Assembly: GCA_900546225.1 (NCBI GenBank)
Contig: URBZ01000003.1
Span: forward strand, 17,857-81,856
DNA: 64,000 nt
Direction of reading: 5' to 3'
From: an uncultured Rickettsiales bacterium
GTDB taxonomy: Bacteria; Pseudomonadota; Alphaproteobacteria; Rs-D84
Positions 10,235-19,461 of the stretch are shown in pieces (position 1 is the stretch's first letter; every line of letters starts with the position of its first letter). The translations under genes were made by a program, and so were the position numbers. The notes under the pieces are model-generated. The model had not been told where the DNA came from and did no database searches. It saw only the letters and a list, made by a program, of their open reading frames with translations.

Positions 10235-10259
10235 ACGGGGCGTTGCCCCGTTTTTTTTT
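10235..10259 (+). terminator. Intrinsic terminator (GGGGC..GCCCC family)
   Basis: ACGGGGCgttGCCCCGT is followed by T9. Confidence 0.75.
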
Positions 10260-10278
10260 AGAACATAGATAATAGATA

Positions 10279-10468
10279 GTGCGCCATTCGGCGCACTGCT
10301 TTATTTACTGGATTGCTTCACTACGTTCGCAATGACAGTCGTTTTTTTGTGCATGTGTCGCCTGCGGACTTCGTCCTTGCCGCAACCTTCGCGTACCGCT
10401 CGGTTTCATTGCGAGCAAGCGCAGCGACGCGTGGCAATCCAGTTTATTGTATGTTGCGCGTGGCGCAC
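10279..10468. repeat. Mosaic palindromic intergenic repeat, copy A
   Basis: Modules in order: hairpin GTGCGCCattcGGCGCAC; short arm CTGGATTGCTTCACTACGTTCGCAATGACA (10308-10337); module M GTGTCGCCTGCGGACTTCGTCCTTGCCGCAAC.. (10355-10405); long arm TCATTGCGAGCAAGCGCAGCGACGCGTGGCAATCCAG (10406-10442); GTTGCGCGTGGCGCAC. Confidence 0.85.
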
Positions 10469-10481
10469 TGATTTTTTACCG

Positions 10482-11510
10482 TTAAAATGTCAGGCGCATG
10501 CCAGCGGACACAAATGGGGTTTCTGTTGTCCAGCCCAACGACACCCAGCCATCAACATTTTCGCTGTATTTATATCGAAATGAACCAACAATCGTGTGAT
10601 CGTTATAATCGCGTACATCATGTTGCCAAATTCCCGTGTCCGAGAATATATAGGTCAACGACACGGTGTACTTTAACAAATCATAACTGATACCCGTACC
10701 CGCGGCCAGACCATCGGACACCGTGCCAATTGGATTTTCATCATAAACCACACGCGCGGTCAGCCCCCAAATCCAACTGTTGTATTGCAGGTTCATTCCG
10801 GCGGACACCTGTGCGCGCCAATCAGCATAGACGTCAGGCGTGTATGAATCTTGGCTGAATCCATTTGGTTTTGACATAAATGACGCACCAAATGCATATG
10901 CGGCCTTGGTCTTGCCGTGTGGACGACGGATTTTTAATCCCGCATCAACAGCATAATCGTAATCATCGGTCACACCCGCCACCGACAGACCGTATTGTGC
11001 ACCACTTTTTGGGGCGGACGCGATATTAGCACGCAGTGCGCTGCGTCCCGTGGTCAGTGATGTATCAGATATCACCGCGCCGTCTGGGTGAATGCGTTTA
11101 TAAAACAACGGTTTGTCATTCACGCGCAACCCACCAACATCGGGCAACCCCACCGCCAATTTGCGCGCAATAGAATCGGTAAAACCAAATTCAATACGAC
11201 CAATACTGCGATCTTCGGTGAATAAAAATGCCTCGCGCATAAACTTGTCTTCGTCAATGGCGGCAGCATCAATAGCATATACCGCCCCCAACGATTGTCC
11301 CGTGCCGACCGCGTAATTCATTTGCCCGCGCACACGCCAATCGCCAACAAATTCTGGCTGGTTAAAATCGGGCTCTATCAATCCAGCAGTGCCGTAACCC
11401 GTCAATTTGAATGTTGCGCCATCATAATTATATTCAATCGCACGCGCTGATGCGGTCAACGCAATCATCGCCAGTGCAATATACGCCACGCGCAGTGGTT
11501 GTTTTGTCAT
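10482..11510 (-). CDS. Outer-membrane beta-barrel porin (hypothetical)
   Basis: A signal peptide (..ALTASARA) is followed by alternating amphipathic beta-strand pattern, and the C-terminus ends GMRLTF (aromatic terminal residue typical of OMPs). Confidence 0.55.
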   Translation of the reverse strand: MTKQPLRVAYIALAMIALTASARAIEYNYDGATFKLTGYGTAGLIEPDFNQPEFVGDWRVRGQMNYAVGTGQSLGAVYAIDAAAIDEDKFMREAFLFTEDRSIGRIEFGFTDSIARKLAVGLPDVGGLRVNDKPLFYKRIHPDGAVISDTSLTTGRSALRANIASAPKSGAQYGLSVAGVTDDYDYAVDAGLKIRRPHGKTKAAYAFGASFMSKPNGFSQDSYTPDVYADWRAQVSAGMNLQYNSWIWGLTARVVYDENPIGTVSDGLAAGTGISYDLLKYTVSLTYIFSDTGIWQHDVRDYNDHTIVGSFRYKYSENVDGWVSLGWTTETPFVSAGMRLTF

Positions 11511-12425
11511 TTATTTGTTCCCTTGGGCTTCTTGTAAAATAGCATTACGTAATTTATTGAATGCACGTTCTTCGATTTGGCGAACACGTTCACGCGATAT
11601 ACCATATTTCTGGGACAGCGATTCCAGTGTTAACGCAGGATCGGTCAAACGGCGCGCGCGCAAGATTTCGCGGTCGCGTTCTGGCAATTCTGCCAAATGA
11701 CGGCGCAATAAATCGTATCCACGACGCTTGAATTCTAAATCTTCGATAGTATTTTGAATATCGGTTTTATCATCGGGCATATTAGACAGGACGTCGCGCG
11801 CATCATCATCAGAATGCGCCGGCGCATTCAGTGATACGTCGCGCGCGGACACGCGTGTTGACATGCGACGAACATCGTTTTCCGGTACGGACAGGTAATC
11901 TGCAATCTGTTTTGTTTGGTCATCAGACAGATTGTTGTCCATAATGCCCAATGCACGTTTGGCACGCGCCAGATTAAAGAACACACGTTTCTGGTTCGCT
12001 GATGTACCGATTTTGACGATTGACCAATTATTCAAAATCGTTTCGTAAATTTCTGCACGAATCCAGAACATAGCGTATGTGGAAAATCGGAATCCTTTTT
12101 CTGGGTCAAATTTCTGCAATGCCTGCATCAGCCCCATATTACCACTGGCAATCAATTCGCCAACGGGTATGCCATAATTCTTGAAATCATATGCAACCGA
12201 CACCACCAGACGCAGGTGACTGGCCACCAAGCGTTCGGCCGCGGCCTTGTCCTGATTTTTTACCCACTGGTTGGCACATTCGTATTCTTCTTCGGCGGAC
12301 AGAATCGGAATTTTCTGAACCGTTTGAATATACTGGGCCAGCCCCGTTTCGTCGCTGACCCCACGGGCGGCAACCAAACTGGTATTTTTTGCTGCTGGTA
12401 ACGTGTTCTTGATTTGCTTTTTCAT
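11511..12425 (-). CDS. rpoH: RNA polymerase sigma-32 factor RpoH
   Basis: Region 2 FDPEKGFRFSTYAMFWIRAEI, an RpoH-box-like NQKRVFFNLARAK, and region 4 LSQKYGISRERVRQIE. Confidence 0.85.
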   Translation of the reverse strand: MKKQIKNTLPAAKNTSLVAARGVSDETGLAQYIQTVQKIPILSAEEEYECANQWVKNQDKAAAERLVASHLRLVVSVAYDFKNYGIPVGELIASGNMGLMQALQKFDPEKGFRFSTYAMFWIRAEIYETILNNWSIVKIGTSANQKRVFFNLARAKRALGIMDNNLSDDQTKQIADYLSVPENDVRRMSTRVSARDVSLNAPAHSDDDARDVLSNMPDDKTDIQNTIEDLEFKRRGYDLLRRHLAELPERDREILRARRLTDPALTLESLSQKYGISRERVRQIEERAFNKLRNAILQEAQGNK

Positions 12426-12490
12426 AACTTTTATAGTATATCAATAAAATAAGATTTATCAAGGACACCATTCAAACAGGAGATTTTTCA

Positions 12491-13141
12491 ATGGCATCTA
12501 TTTTGGAAAGAAAGAACAAGGTCAAAGCCCCAAAGAAAACACGTGAAGATTACGCCGAAGACGCCCTGTATCGCGAGGTTTGGGAAGAAGTCAACAATGA
12601 CAAAACGTTGGCTTTTATCAAGAAATATTCCAAATATATGGTTGCGGGCGCGCTGTCGTTGCTGATTATTGTGACGGCGATTCAGATTGGTGTTCGCACG
12701 CACCGTGCAAACAAAATGGCCATGGCCGAAAATTATGAATCCGCGGTTCTGAATATGGACGCGAATGCGTTGGCGGGCATTGCGAAAAATGCGTCGGGCG
12801 CAAATGCTGATTTGGCACTGTTTCAGGCGTATGTGTTGGATAACGACATTGCTAAACTGGAAAATTTGGCAAAAAATGGTGCAACACGTGATTTCCGCGA
12901 TTTGGCAAAAATGCATATTGTTGCACTGCGTGGCGATGATATGACGGCGGCAGACGTTGAAAAATATTTGTCTGATTTGAACACTAAAAAATCGCCTTTC
13001 TATTACACATCGCGTTTGGTCGTTGCCCAGAAATATCTGGCATCGGGCGATCGCGACGCGGCGAATAAATGGTTGGACGTTATTATCAACGACGCGGACG
13101 CACCAGCGGTCGTTTCCGCCAATGCCCAGACATTGCGTTAA
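12491..13141 (+). CDS. YfgM-like membrane-anchored TPR protein
   Basis: It has a single TM helix after a charged N-terminus and a helical periplasmic part. It lies immediately upstream of a BamB-like gene, as in the conserved yfgM-bamB arrangement. Confidence 0.45.
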   Translation: MASILERKNKVKAPKKTREDYAEDALYREVWEEVNNDKTLAFIKKYSKYMVAGALSLLIIVTAIQIGVRTHRANKMAMAENYESAVLNMDANALAGIAKNASGANADLALFQAYVLDNDIAKLENLAKNGATRDFRDLAKMHIVALRGDDMTAADVEKYLSDLNTKKSPFYYTSRLVVAQKYLASGDRDAANKWLDVIINDADAPAVVSANAQTLR

Positions 13142-13162
13142 AACACGATTCACAGGAAGGGA

Positions 13163-13897
13163 ATGATGCGTAAATCTGCGATATTTTTGACAGGTATGAT
13201 GGCGGTGCTGTGCGGCTGTGCAAAGCATGACCCGATTTTACCAGGGACGCGCAGTGCAATATTTGCGACAAACGCGCCAGTGGTGCTGAACCAATCCATC
13301 ACAGATTTGCCGGCAACAACGGTCGCTGGCGACGCAGATGCGAATTGCCCATATACCCAAGATGCGTCAAACGTTATCAAAAATGGCGACCGCAAAATAT
13401 TCAGCGGTTTTCCAACCCCTAATTCCGTGCACAGCGATATGAAACCCATATGCAGCGGGAAATACGTCTATGCCGGTCTGACCACGGGCGAGGTTATCAA
13501 GGTTGACGCCAAAACCCGTAACATTGCGTGGATTGCGGACGTTTTTCGCCCCAGCAATATGACCGGTGGTGCATCGGTTGTTGACATTGTTGCGCCAATT
13601 ATGCTGCACAACGGCACGATTTATGCCGGCGGTTTGGGTGATGCATTCTGTGCAATAAATGCGACATCAGGCGTAAAGAAATGGTGTGCATACATCGGCA
13701 CAGCGCACCCATTTATTATCACGGACGCGGCGGCATTTGTTGTTGGTACGGACGACAATTTGTACGCCGTGCGCATGCGTGATGGCGCAATTTACTGGCG
13801 CGCAAAATTGAACGCGCAATCCGCACCGACATACGCCGATGGTACGATTACCGTTGGGCGACAAAAATTTGATGCCGCCACAGGACAAACAAAATAA
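13163..13897 (+). CDS. Short BamB-like beta-propeller lipoprotein
   Basis: Lipobox AVLCGC|A. There are three to four PQQ/BamB-like blade motifs (G.VI.VDAKTR...W; G.IYAGG..G...AINA.SG...W; NLYAV...DG...W). At 244 aa it is shorter than typical BamB. Confidence 0.5.
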   Translation: MMRKSAIFLTGMMAVLCGCAKHDPILPGTRSAIFATNAPVVLNQSITDLPATTVAGDADANCPYTQDASNVIKNGDRKIFSGFPTPNSVHSDMKPICSGKYVYAGLTTGEVIKVDAKTRNIAWIADVFRPSNMTGGASVVDIVAPIMLHNGTIYAGGLGDAFCAINATSGVKKWCAYIGTAHPFIITDAAAFVVGTDDNLYAVRMRDGAIYWRAKLNAQSAPTYADGTITVGRQKFDAATGQTK

Positions 13898-13898
13898 T

Positions 13899-13920
13899 AA
13901 ATGCCCCGTTTGGGGCATTT
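13899..13920 (+). terminator. Terminator hairpin (ATGCCCC..GGGGCAT family)
   Basis: AAATGCCCCgttTGGGGCATTT has only a weak T-tract. Confidence 0.5.
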
Positions 13921-13925
13921 GTTAT

Positions 13926-14153
13926 AAAGTTCAAAGTTCATCCGTCTTCGCTGGCGCTCCACTGCGATAAAAATTTTGTGCGCTGTGCGCAACACCTAAT
14001 CACTGGATTGCCACGCATCGCTGCGCTTGCTCGCAATGACAGAGATTCTAGAACGACTATCATTGCGAGTGAAACGAAGCAATCCAGTAAATTAAACTTG
14101 TCCGCCATTGGCGGACACATTCATTGCTCTTTGCTCTCTGCTCTTTGCTCTCT
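13926..14153. repeat. Mosaic palindromic intergenic repeat, copy B
   Basis: Modules in order: AAAGTTCAAAGTTCAT; GTGCGCTGTGCGCAAC; long arm (14003-14040); short arm TCATTGCGAGTGAAACGAAGCAATCCAG (14059-14087); hairpin GTCCGCCattGGCGGAC; TGCTCT-type oligorepeat (14122-14153). Confidence 0.85.
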
Positions 14154-14163
14154 ATAATTAAAA

Positions 14164-14187
14164 ACGGGGCGATGCCCCGTTTTTTTT
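14164..14187. terminator. Bidirectional terminator at the infB 3' end
   Basis: ACGGGGCgatGCCCCGT is flanked by A5 and T8. Confidence 0.75.
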
Positions 14188-16618
14188 ACAGTTGTGCGCG
14201 AACTTCTTGAACCTCGTAACATTCGACGCGGTCGCCTTCTTTCAAGTCATTGTACTTGTCAAAAGACATACCAAATTCAACGCCGGCAACAGATACTTCT
14301 TTGACCTCGTTCTTTTCACGGCGCATTTCGCCAATCTTGCCATCATAGATAACAACATTGTTACGCAGCAAGCGAACAAACGCGTCTTTCTTTATCACAC
14401 CTTCGGTCAGGCGACAACCCGCAACACGGACGCCCTTGCCCACCGTGAACAATGCGATAACATCGGCATAACCAATAAAGTTTTCTTTCTTTTCTGGGGC
14501 CAATTTACCGGACAAGATTTCTTTGATTTCGTCGGTAATACGGTACACAACACTGTGATAGCGAATATCTACGTTGCCCGCACGCGCCATATCGCGAACC
14601 GCGGCGTCGGCACGAACGTTAAACGCGATGATTACCGCCCCAGATGCCGTGGCCAGACGAATGTCGCCCTCTGTAATCTGGCCAACGCCAGACGACAGGA
14701 TTTCAACAGACGCCTTGTCGGTGTGAATATCGCGCAACATGTCGGTAATGGCCTCTACACTGCCCTGAACATCGGCGCGCAAGATAATTGGCAATACCAA
14801 TTTTTTGGATTCATCGCGACGCGCAAACAGTTCTTCCAGTGATGAACGTTTGACAGCGTTGGCTTTGTCCTTGGCCTGTTGTACGCGATATGCGGCAACT
14901 TCGCGGGTCTGTGCCTCGGTTTCCATTACATGCAATTCATCACCTGCGTTTGGAACGCTGTCCAGTCCCAAAACAACCGCTGGTTGCCCAGGGCGTACGG
15001 ACTTCACACGTTCGCCGGCCGAATTTATCAGACCACGCACGCGACCAAATGTTTCGCCAACAACGAACACATCGCCAATCTTTAATGTGCCCTGACGCAT
15101 CAGAACGGTTGCTGTTGCGCCCAGACCTTTTTCCATTTTCGCCTCTACCACATATGCGACGGCGGGCATATCTGGATCGGCCTTTAATTCCATCATATCG
15201 GCCTGTAACAGAATCGCTTCTTCTAATTTATCCAAACCGATGTGCTTGGTTGCAGAAATTTCAACACACTGGACATCGCCACCCATATCTTCGACCTGAA
15301 CCTCTTGCTGTAACAGGTCGGTTTTTACGCGGGTTGGATTGGCCTCTGGCAAATCGATTTTATTGATTGCGACAATAAACGGAACTTTGGCCGCACGAAT
15401 GTGATTTATCGCTTCTATGGTCTGGGGCATGATGGAATCGTTTGCCGCAACAACCAATACAACAATGTCCGCCATTTGCGCACCACGTGCACGCATTGCG
15501 GTAAATGTTTCGTGTCCTGGGGTATCCAAGAATGTGATTTCTGCGCCTGATTTTGTTTTAACCTCGTACGCGGAAACGTGCTGGGTGATACCGCCGGCCT
15601 CGCCCGCGGCAACGTGCGCATTACGCATCGCGTCCAGCAGCGATGTTTTACCATGGTCAACGTGACCCACAACGGTGACAACCGGTGCACGTGGTTGCAG
15701 GTGCGCGGGATCAGGTTCGCGTTCCAGTTGGTCGGCATATGGTTTTGTCACAACACGTTTAACCGTTGCACCAAATTCAGTTGCAACCAATTCAGCCGTA
15801 TCGGCATCAATTGATTGGTTCTGGGACGCCATCATGCCCATTTCCATCAATTTTTTGATAACATTGCCAACCTTTTCCGCCATAGCGGCCGCCAAATCTT
15901 TGACGGTGATTGTTTCGCCCAGTTGAACCACGTGTTCGATTTTCTGGGGCGCGGTAAAGATTGCGCGCGCCTTTTCACGGAAACGTTTCAATGACGCTTC
16001 GCTGCGGCGGCGATTTGCGCCACGAATGCCGATTTCATCATCGTCGTCGCCATCGCCAATAACAATGTCATGCAGGGAAATTTTTCCTGATTTTTTGAAA
16101 TCTTTCTTGGACGAATTGTGACGATTGCCATACGGGCGGGCATTGTCTTCTTCGTCATCGCGCATACCACCACGGAATGCATGATGCTGTTGCGTCTGTT
16201 GCGCAGACATTTGCGATTGTGGTTGTGTGGGGGCGGACTTTTTCGTGGGCTGTGGTTGCGATGCAACAGGTTTTTCTGGTGCGGGCGCGGCAACACTTTC
16301 ACGCGCGGCCAGTTGCGATTTCACCTGTTCGTATTCTGCGGCCTCGCGCGCGATTTCTGCTTCGCGTGCAACGCGGGCGGCCTCTTCTTCGGCTTCGCGG
16401 GCGCGACGTTGTTCTTCGCGGGCACGGGCGGCCTCTAATACAGCGCGCAATTTTTCATCGGCTGCGTTTTTGGTTGCGGCCGGTGCGACCGGTTCATCAC
16501 GCAATTCGCGCGTTCCAGGTGCAACAACGCGACGACGACGTTCAACGCGTACCGCATCGCCCTTTTTACTTTGCACCGCATCAATGGTTACAGATTTTCC
16601 CAATGTCAGTGTTGCCAT
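14186..16618 (-). CDS. infB: Translation initiation factor IF-2
   Basis: A charged E/A/R-rich N-terminus is followed by the G domain [27 protein letters not shown], and conserved C-terminal domains. Confidence 0.95.
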   Translation of the reverse strand: MATLTLGKSVTIDAVQSKKGDAVRVERRRRVVAPGTRELRDEPVAPAATKNAADEKLRAVLEAARAREEQRRAREAEEEAARVAREAEIAREAAEYEQVKSQLAARESVAAPAPEKPVASQPQPTKKSAPTQPQSQMSAQQTQQHHAFRGGMRDDEEDNARPYGNRHNSSKKDFKKSGKISLHDIVIGDGDDDDEIGIRGANRRRSEASLKRFREKARAIFTAPQKIEHVVQLGETITVKDLAAAMAEKVGNVIKKLMEMGMMASQNQSIDADTAELVATEFGATVKRVVTKPYADQLEREPDPAHLQPRAPVVTVVGHVDHGKTSLLDAMRNAHVAAGEAGGITQHVSAYEVKTKSGAEITFLDTPGHETFTAMRARGAQMADIVVLVVAANDSIMPQTIEAINHIRAAKVPFIVAINKIDLPEANPTRVKTDLLQQEVQVEDMGGDVQCVEISATKHIGLDKLEEAILLQADMMELKADPDMPAVAYVVEAKMEKGLGATATVLMRQGTLKIGDVFVVGETFGRVRGLINSAGERVKSVRPGQPAVVLGLDSVPNAGDELHVMETEAQTREVAAYRVQQAKDKANAVKRSSLEELFARRDESKKLVLPIILRADVQGSVEAITDMLRDIHTDKASVEILSSGVGQITEGDIRLATASGAVIIAFNVRADAAVRDMARAGNVDIRYHSVVYRITDEIKEILSGKLAPEKKENFIGYADVIALFTVGKGVRVAGCRLTEGVIKKDAFVRLLRNNVVIYDGKIGEMRREKNEVKEVSVAGVEFGMSFDKYNDLKEGDRVECYEVQEVRAQL

Positions 16619-16681
16619 ATATTTTTACCCCCGTATTAGTTACATAAATACCCACGATGCAATGCGCACCGCGGGTTTTTA

Positions 16682-18223
16682 TTATTCAGCGTCCCCTTGG
16701 GTTATGCCATACGCCAGTTCGCGTGCCTTCATAATAACGCGGCCCGCCAAACGCGCAGACATTGTGTCTTCGCCCAAGATTTCGACCAATTCGTCGGTTG
16801 CCAAATCAGCCAGATCAGACAATGATTTGATACCGTTTTCGCCCAGTTTCATAATGATTGGACGTTTCACGAAATCGAATTTCAACAAATCGTCAGACAT
16901 ACCCATTGCATGGCCATTGTCGATGTATTCTTGTTCAACCTTGGTCAAATATGCCTTGGCACGATTCTGCAATTCTGCCGCCAATTCTGGATTGAACCCT
17001 TCGATAGATTCCAATTCAGATGCATCAACGAATGCGATTTCTTCGACGGTACGGAAACCTTCGGTAATCAGCAGGTGTGCAATCATTTCATCAACGTCCA
17101 GCGCACGGATAAACAGTTCTGTCTTTTCCTTAAATTCTTTGGCGCGACGTTCTTGTTCTTCGGCCTCGTTCATAACGTCGATGTTCCAGCCCGTCAACTG
17201 TGATGCCAAACGGACGTTCTGGCCACGGCGACCGATTGCCAATGACTGTTGATCTTCGGTAACGACGACGGCCGCGCTGCGTGTGTCTTCGTCAACGATA
17301 ATCTTGGCAACCTTGGCCGGCTGCATCGCATTGACGATAAATACCGCAGGGTCATCGGAATACAGAATGACGTCAATCTTTTCGCCATGGCATTCGTTGA
17401 TAACCGGCTGGATACGTGTACCCTTGATACCGACAGTCATACCAACAGCGTCAATCGATGGATCTTGGGTTTCAACAGCGATTTTCGCGTGTGACCCTGG
17501 TGCACGTGACACAGATTTAATTTTAATAACACCTTCATAGATTTCAGGTACTTCTTGGACAAACAATTTTTCCATGAACATTGGGTGCGTACGGGTCAAG
17601 AAAATCTGTGGGCCGGAATTAGAACGCGCAACGTCCATAATCAATGCGCGCACGCGATCACCCACCGCCAAGCGTTCGCCTGGGATCAGTTCGCTGCCCT
17701 TGATGTAACCTTCGGCCTTGCCATTGATGTCAACGAAAACGTTGCCAAATTCAATACGTTTAACAATGCCAGACACAATGTCGCCGATATTGTCTTTGAA
17801 TTCTTCGTACTGACGGCCCTTTTCTGCGTCACGGACGCGGGTTGTCATAATCTGTTTTGCGGTCTGGAATGCCATGCGGCCAAATTCTGGTTCTGGCAGT
17901 GGATCTTCGACAACGTCACCAACCATTGGGTTTTGGGCGTATTTTTTCGCCTGTGCAACCGTCAACATAGTGTTGGCATCGTATTCATCGCCCATGGATT
18001 CTGGGGACGCAATAACATTGAACAAACGTTTGACATATATTGCCCCATTTTTACGGTCAATGGTCGCCGTGATGTTAAATTCTTCGCCATATTTGTGTTT
18101 GGCAATTTTGGCGATTGCCGCCTCTAATGATTCAATCACAATTTCGCGATCAATCTGCTTGTCCTGGGCCAATGATTCAATGGCCAACAGCAAGTCCTGA
18201 CGGGGCATAGAAACAAAAGACAT
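16682..18223 (-). CDS. nusA: Transcription termination/antitermination factor NusA
   Basis: N-terminal domain, S1 (GDIVSGIVKR..), KH1/KH2 (IGRRGQNVRLASQLTGW) and C-terminal acidic HhH repeats. It lies directly upstream of infB. Confidence 0.95.
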   Translation of the reverse strand: MSFVSMPRQDLLLAIESLAQDKQIDREIVIESLEAAIAKIAKHKYGEEFNITATIDRKNGAIYVKRLFNVIASPESMGDEYDANTMLTVAQAKKYAQNPMVGDVVEDPLPEPEFGRMAFQTAKQIMTTRVRDAEKGRQYEEFKDNIGDIVSGIVKRIEFGNVFVDINGKAEGYIKGSELIPGERLAVGDRVRALIMDVARSNSGPQIFLTRTHPMFMEKLFVQEVPEIYEGVIKIKSVSRAPGSHAKIAVETQDPSIDAVGMTVGIKGTRIQPVINECHGEKIDVILYSDDPAVFIVNAMQPAKVAKIIVDEDTRSAAVVVTEDQQSLAIGRRGQNVRLASQLTGWNIDVMNEAEEQERRAKEFKEKTELFIRALDVDEMIAHLLITEGFRTVEEIAFVDASELESIEGFNPELAAELQNRAKAYLTKVEQEYIDNGHAMGMSDDLLKFDFVKRPIIMKLGENGIKSLSDLADLATDELVEILGEDTMSARLAGRVIMKARELAYGITQGDAE

Positions 18224-18263
18224 TTATTTTTCTCCTTCGTTTGTAATATGTCTTTACTTATAA

Positions 18264-18287
18264 GGGCGGGGTTTTTCAACCCCGCCC
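18264..18287 (-). promoter_or_regulatory. GC-rich hairpin in the nusA 5' leader
   Basis: GGGCGGGG-tttttcaa-CCCCGCCC lies about 40 nt upstream of the nusA ATG. No proper downstream U-tract exists on the nusA strand. Confidence 0.35.
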
Positions 18288-18363
18288 CTAAAAAAACTTT
18301 TTAAGAACATTCGTATTATTACCACCGAATCGCCAGAAAGCAAGGAAAATTAGCAATATATAT

Positions 18364-18392
18364 TTGACGGCTCTGCTTTTGCGCTTTATACT
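18364..18392 (+). promoter_or_regulatory. Sigma-70-like promoter for the lptF/G-family gene
   Basis: TTGACG (18364-69), 17-nt spacer, TATACT (18387-92). The ATG at 18400 is only 7 nt downstream and there is no SD, which suggests a leaderless mRNA. Confidence 0.45.
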
Positions 18393-18399
18393 GCGGGGT

Positions 18400-19461
18400 A
18401 TGAGGATACTGAACAAATATTTTTCGCGCCAGTTGGTCGCAATTTTTGTCATGCTGTTACTGGTGCTGACCGGATTGGCGTGGATGGTACAGATTATGTC
18501 CATGCTGAAATTCTTGCTCAGTTATGGTGTCGCACTCAGCAATTTCTTGGGCTTGACGGTATTGATGTTGCCGTTTATTGTGTCTATTATTATTCCATTT
18601 GTGACATTTATCGCGGTGATATTTGTGTATAACAAACTGATTGCCGACAATGAAATTACCGTTATGGCGTCGGTTGGGTTGTCGCCGCGCCAACTGGCAC
18701 GGCCGGCGTTAAAATTGGCGGCGGTGCTGACGGTGTTGCATTTTGCATTAAATATTTGGGCCGTGCCGGTGTCACAGGCGCGTTTTTACAGCACTCAATG
18801 GAATCTGCGTTATGGTTTGGCACATATGAAACTGCAAGAGGGGGCATTTACCCCACTGGCGGACGGTTTGGTCGTCTATGTGGACAAGGTGTCTGGTCAC
18901 GACCTGTCACAGGTTATGTTGTCTGATATGCGGGACAAGAAATCACCACTGACGATTTTTGCAGAAAAAGGTAAATTGGTATCAACGGCACGTGGGCTGT
19001 CCATCGTTATGAACAATGGCGCGTTACAGGCACGTAATAATGGCGCGATGACCACCGGTACATTTGATGCATTTGATATGGATCTGAATTTGACCGACCG
19101 CGGTGACGATATCGGGTTCAAGGTTCGCCGTGTGCCAACACTGGAATTGGTCAAGACAGTATTAAACGCCCCAACCGAAAAACAGCACAAGCAGGTTTTG
19201 TCCGAACTGTGCACACGTTTTTTAAGTCCGATTATGAATCTGGTATTGGCGGCGTTGTGCACGTTGGTGTTGCTGCGTTCGTCACTGTTGCGTCGTCGCG
19301 CCAGTTTTGCGCCCGCAATGGCGGTGTTGGCCATGGCAATTACAATGGCGGGATTTATGTCGGCATCAAATATGGTGACCAGTTTTACGGACTTTGTCGT
19401 GCTGGCTGGGGTTCAGATGTTGGTTCTGGGTGGTATACTGATTGCGTTGTGTAAGAAATGA
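18400..19461 (+). CDS. LPS export ABC permease, LptF/LptG family
   Basis: The start MRILNKYFSRQL is typical of YjgP/YjgQ permeases. The protein has six TM segments with a periplasmic insert. Its end overlaps the lptD start. Confidence 0.75.
   Translation: MRILNKYFSRQLVAIFVMLLLVLTGLAWMVQIMSMLKFLLSYGVALSNFLGLTVLMLPFIVSIIIPFVTFIAVIFVYNKLIADNEITVMASVGLSPRQLARPALKLAAVLTVLHFALNIWAVPVSQARFYSTQWNLRYGLAHMKLQEGAFTPLADGLVVYVDKVSGHDLSQVMLSDMRDKKSPLTIFAEKGKLVSTARGLSIVMNNGALQARNNGAMTTGTFDAFDMDLNLTDRGDDIGFKVRRVPTLELVKTVLNAPTEKQHKQVLSELCTRFLSPIMNLVLAALCTLVLLRSSLLRRRASFAPAMAVLAMAITMAGFMSASNMVTSFTDFVVLAGVQMLVLGGILIALCKK

Noticed and set aside
13938-14120. Small ORFs translated from the repeat family (13938..14120, 45193..45405, 10332..10583, 24093..24293), giving peptides such as MCPP.AD.FNLLDCF..
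   Set aside because: They coincide exactly with the palindromic repeat modules, occur in both orientations, and have no SD or consistent start and stop. They are an artefact of repeated sequence rather than a gene family.
14122-14153. TGCTCT/GAGAGCAAAG and GTGAT arrays considered as a possible CRISPR array.
   Set aside because: The units are 6-10 nt with no spacers of defined length. There are no cas genes, and the arrays are termini of the mosaic repeats.
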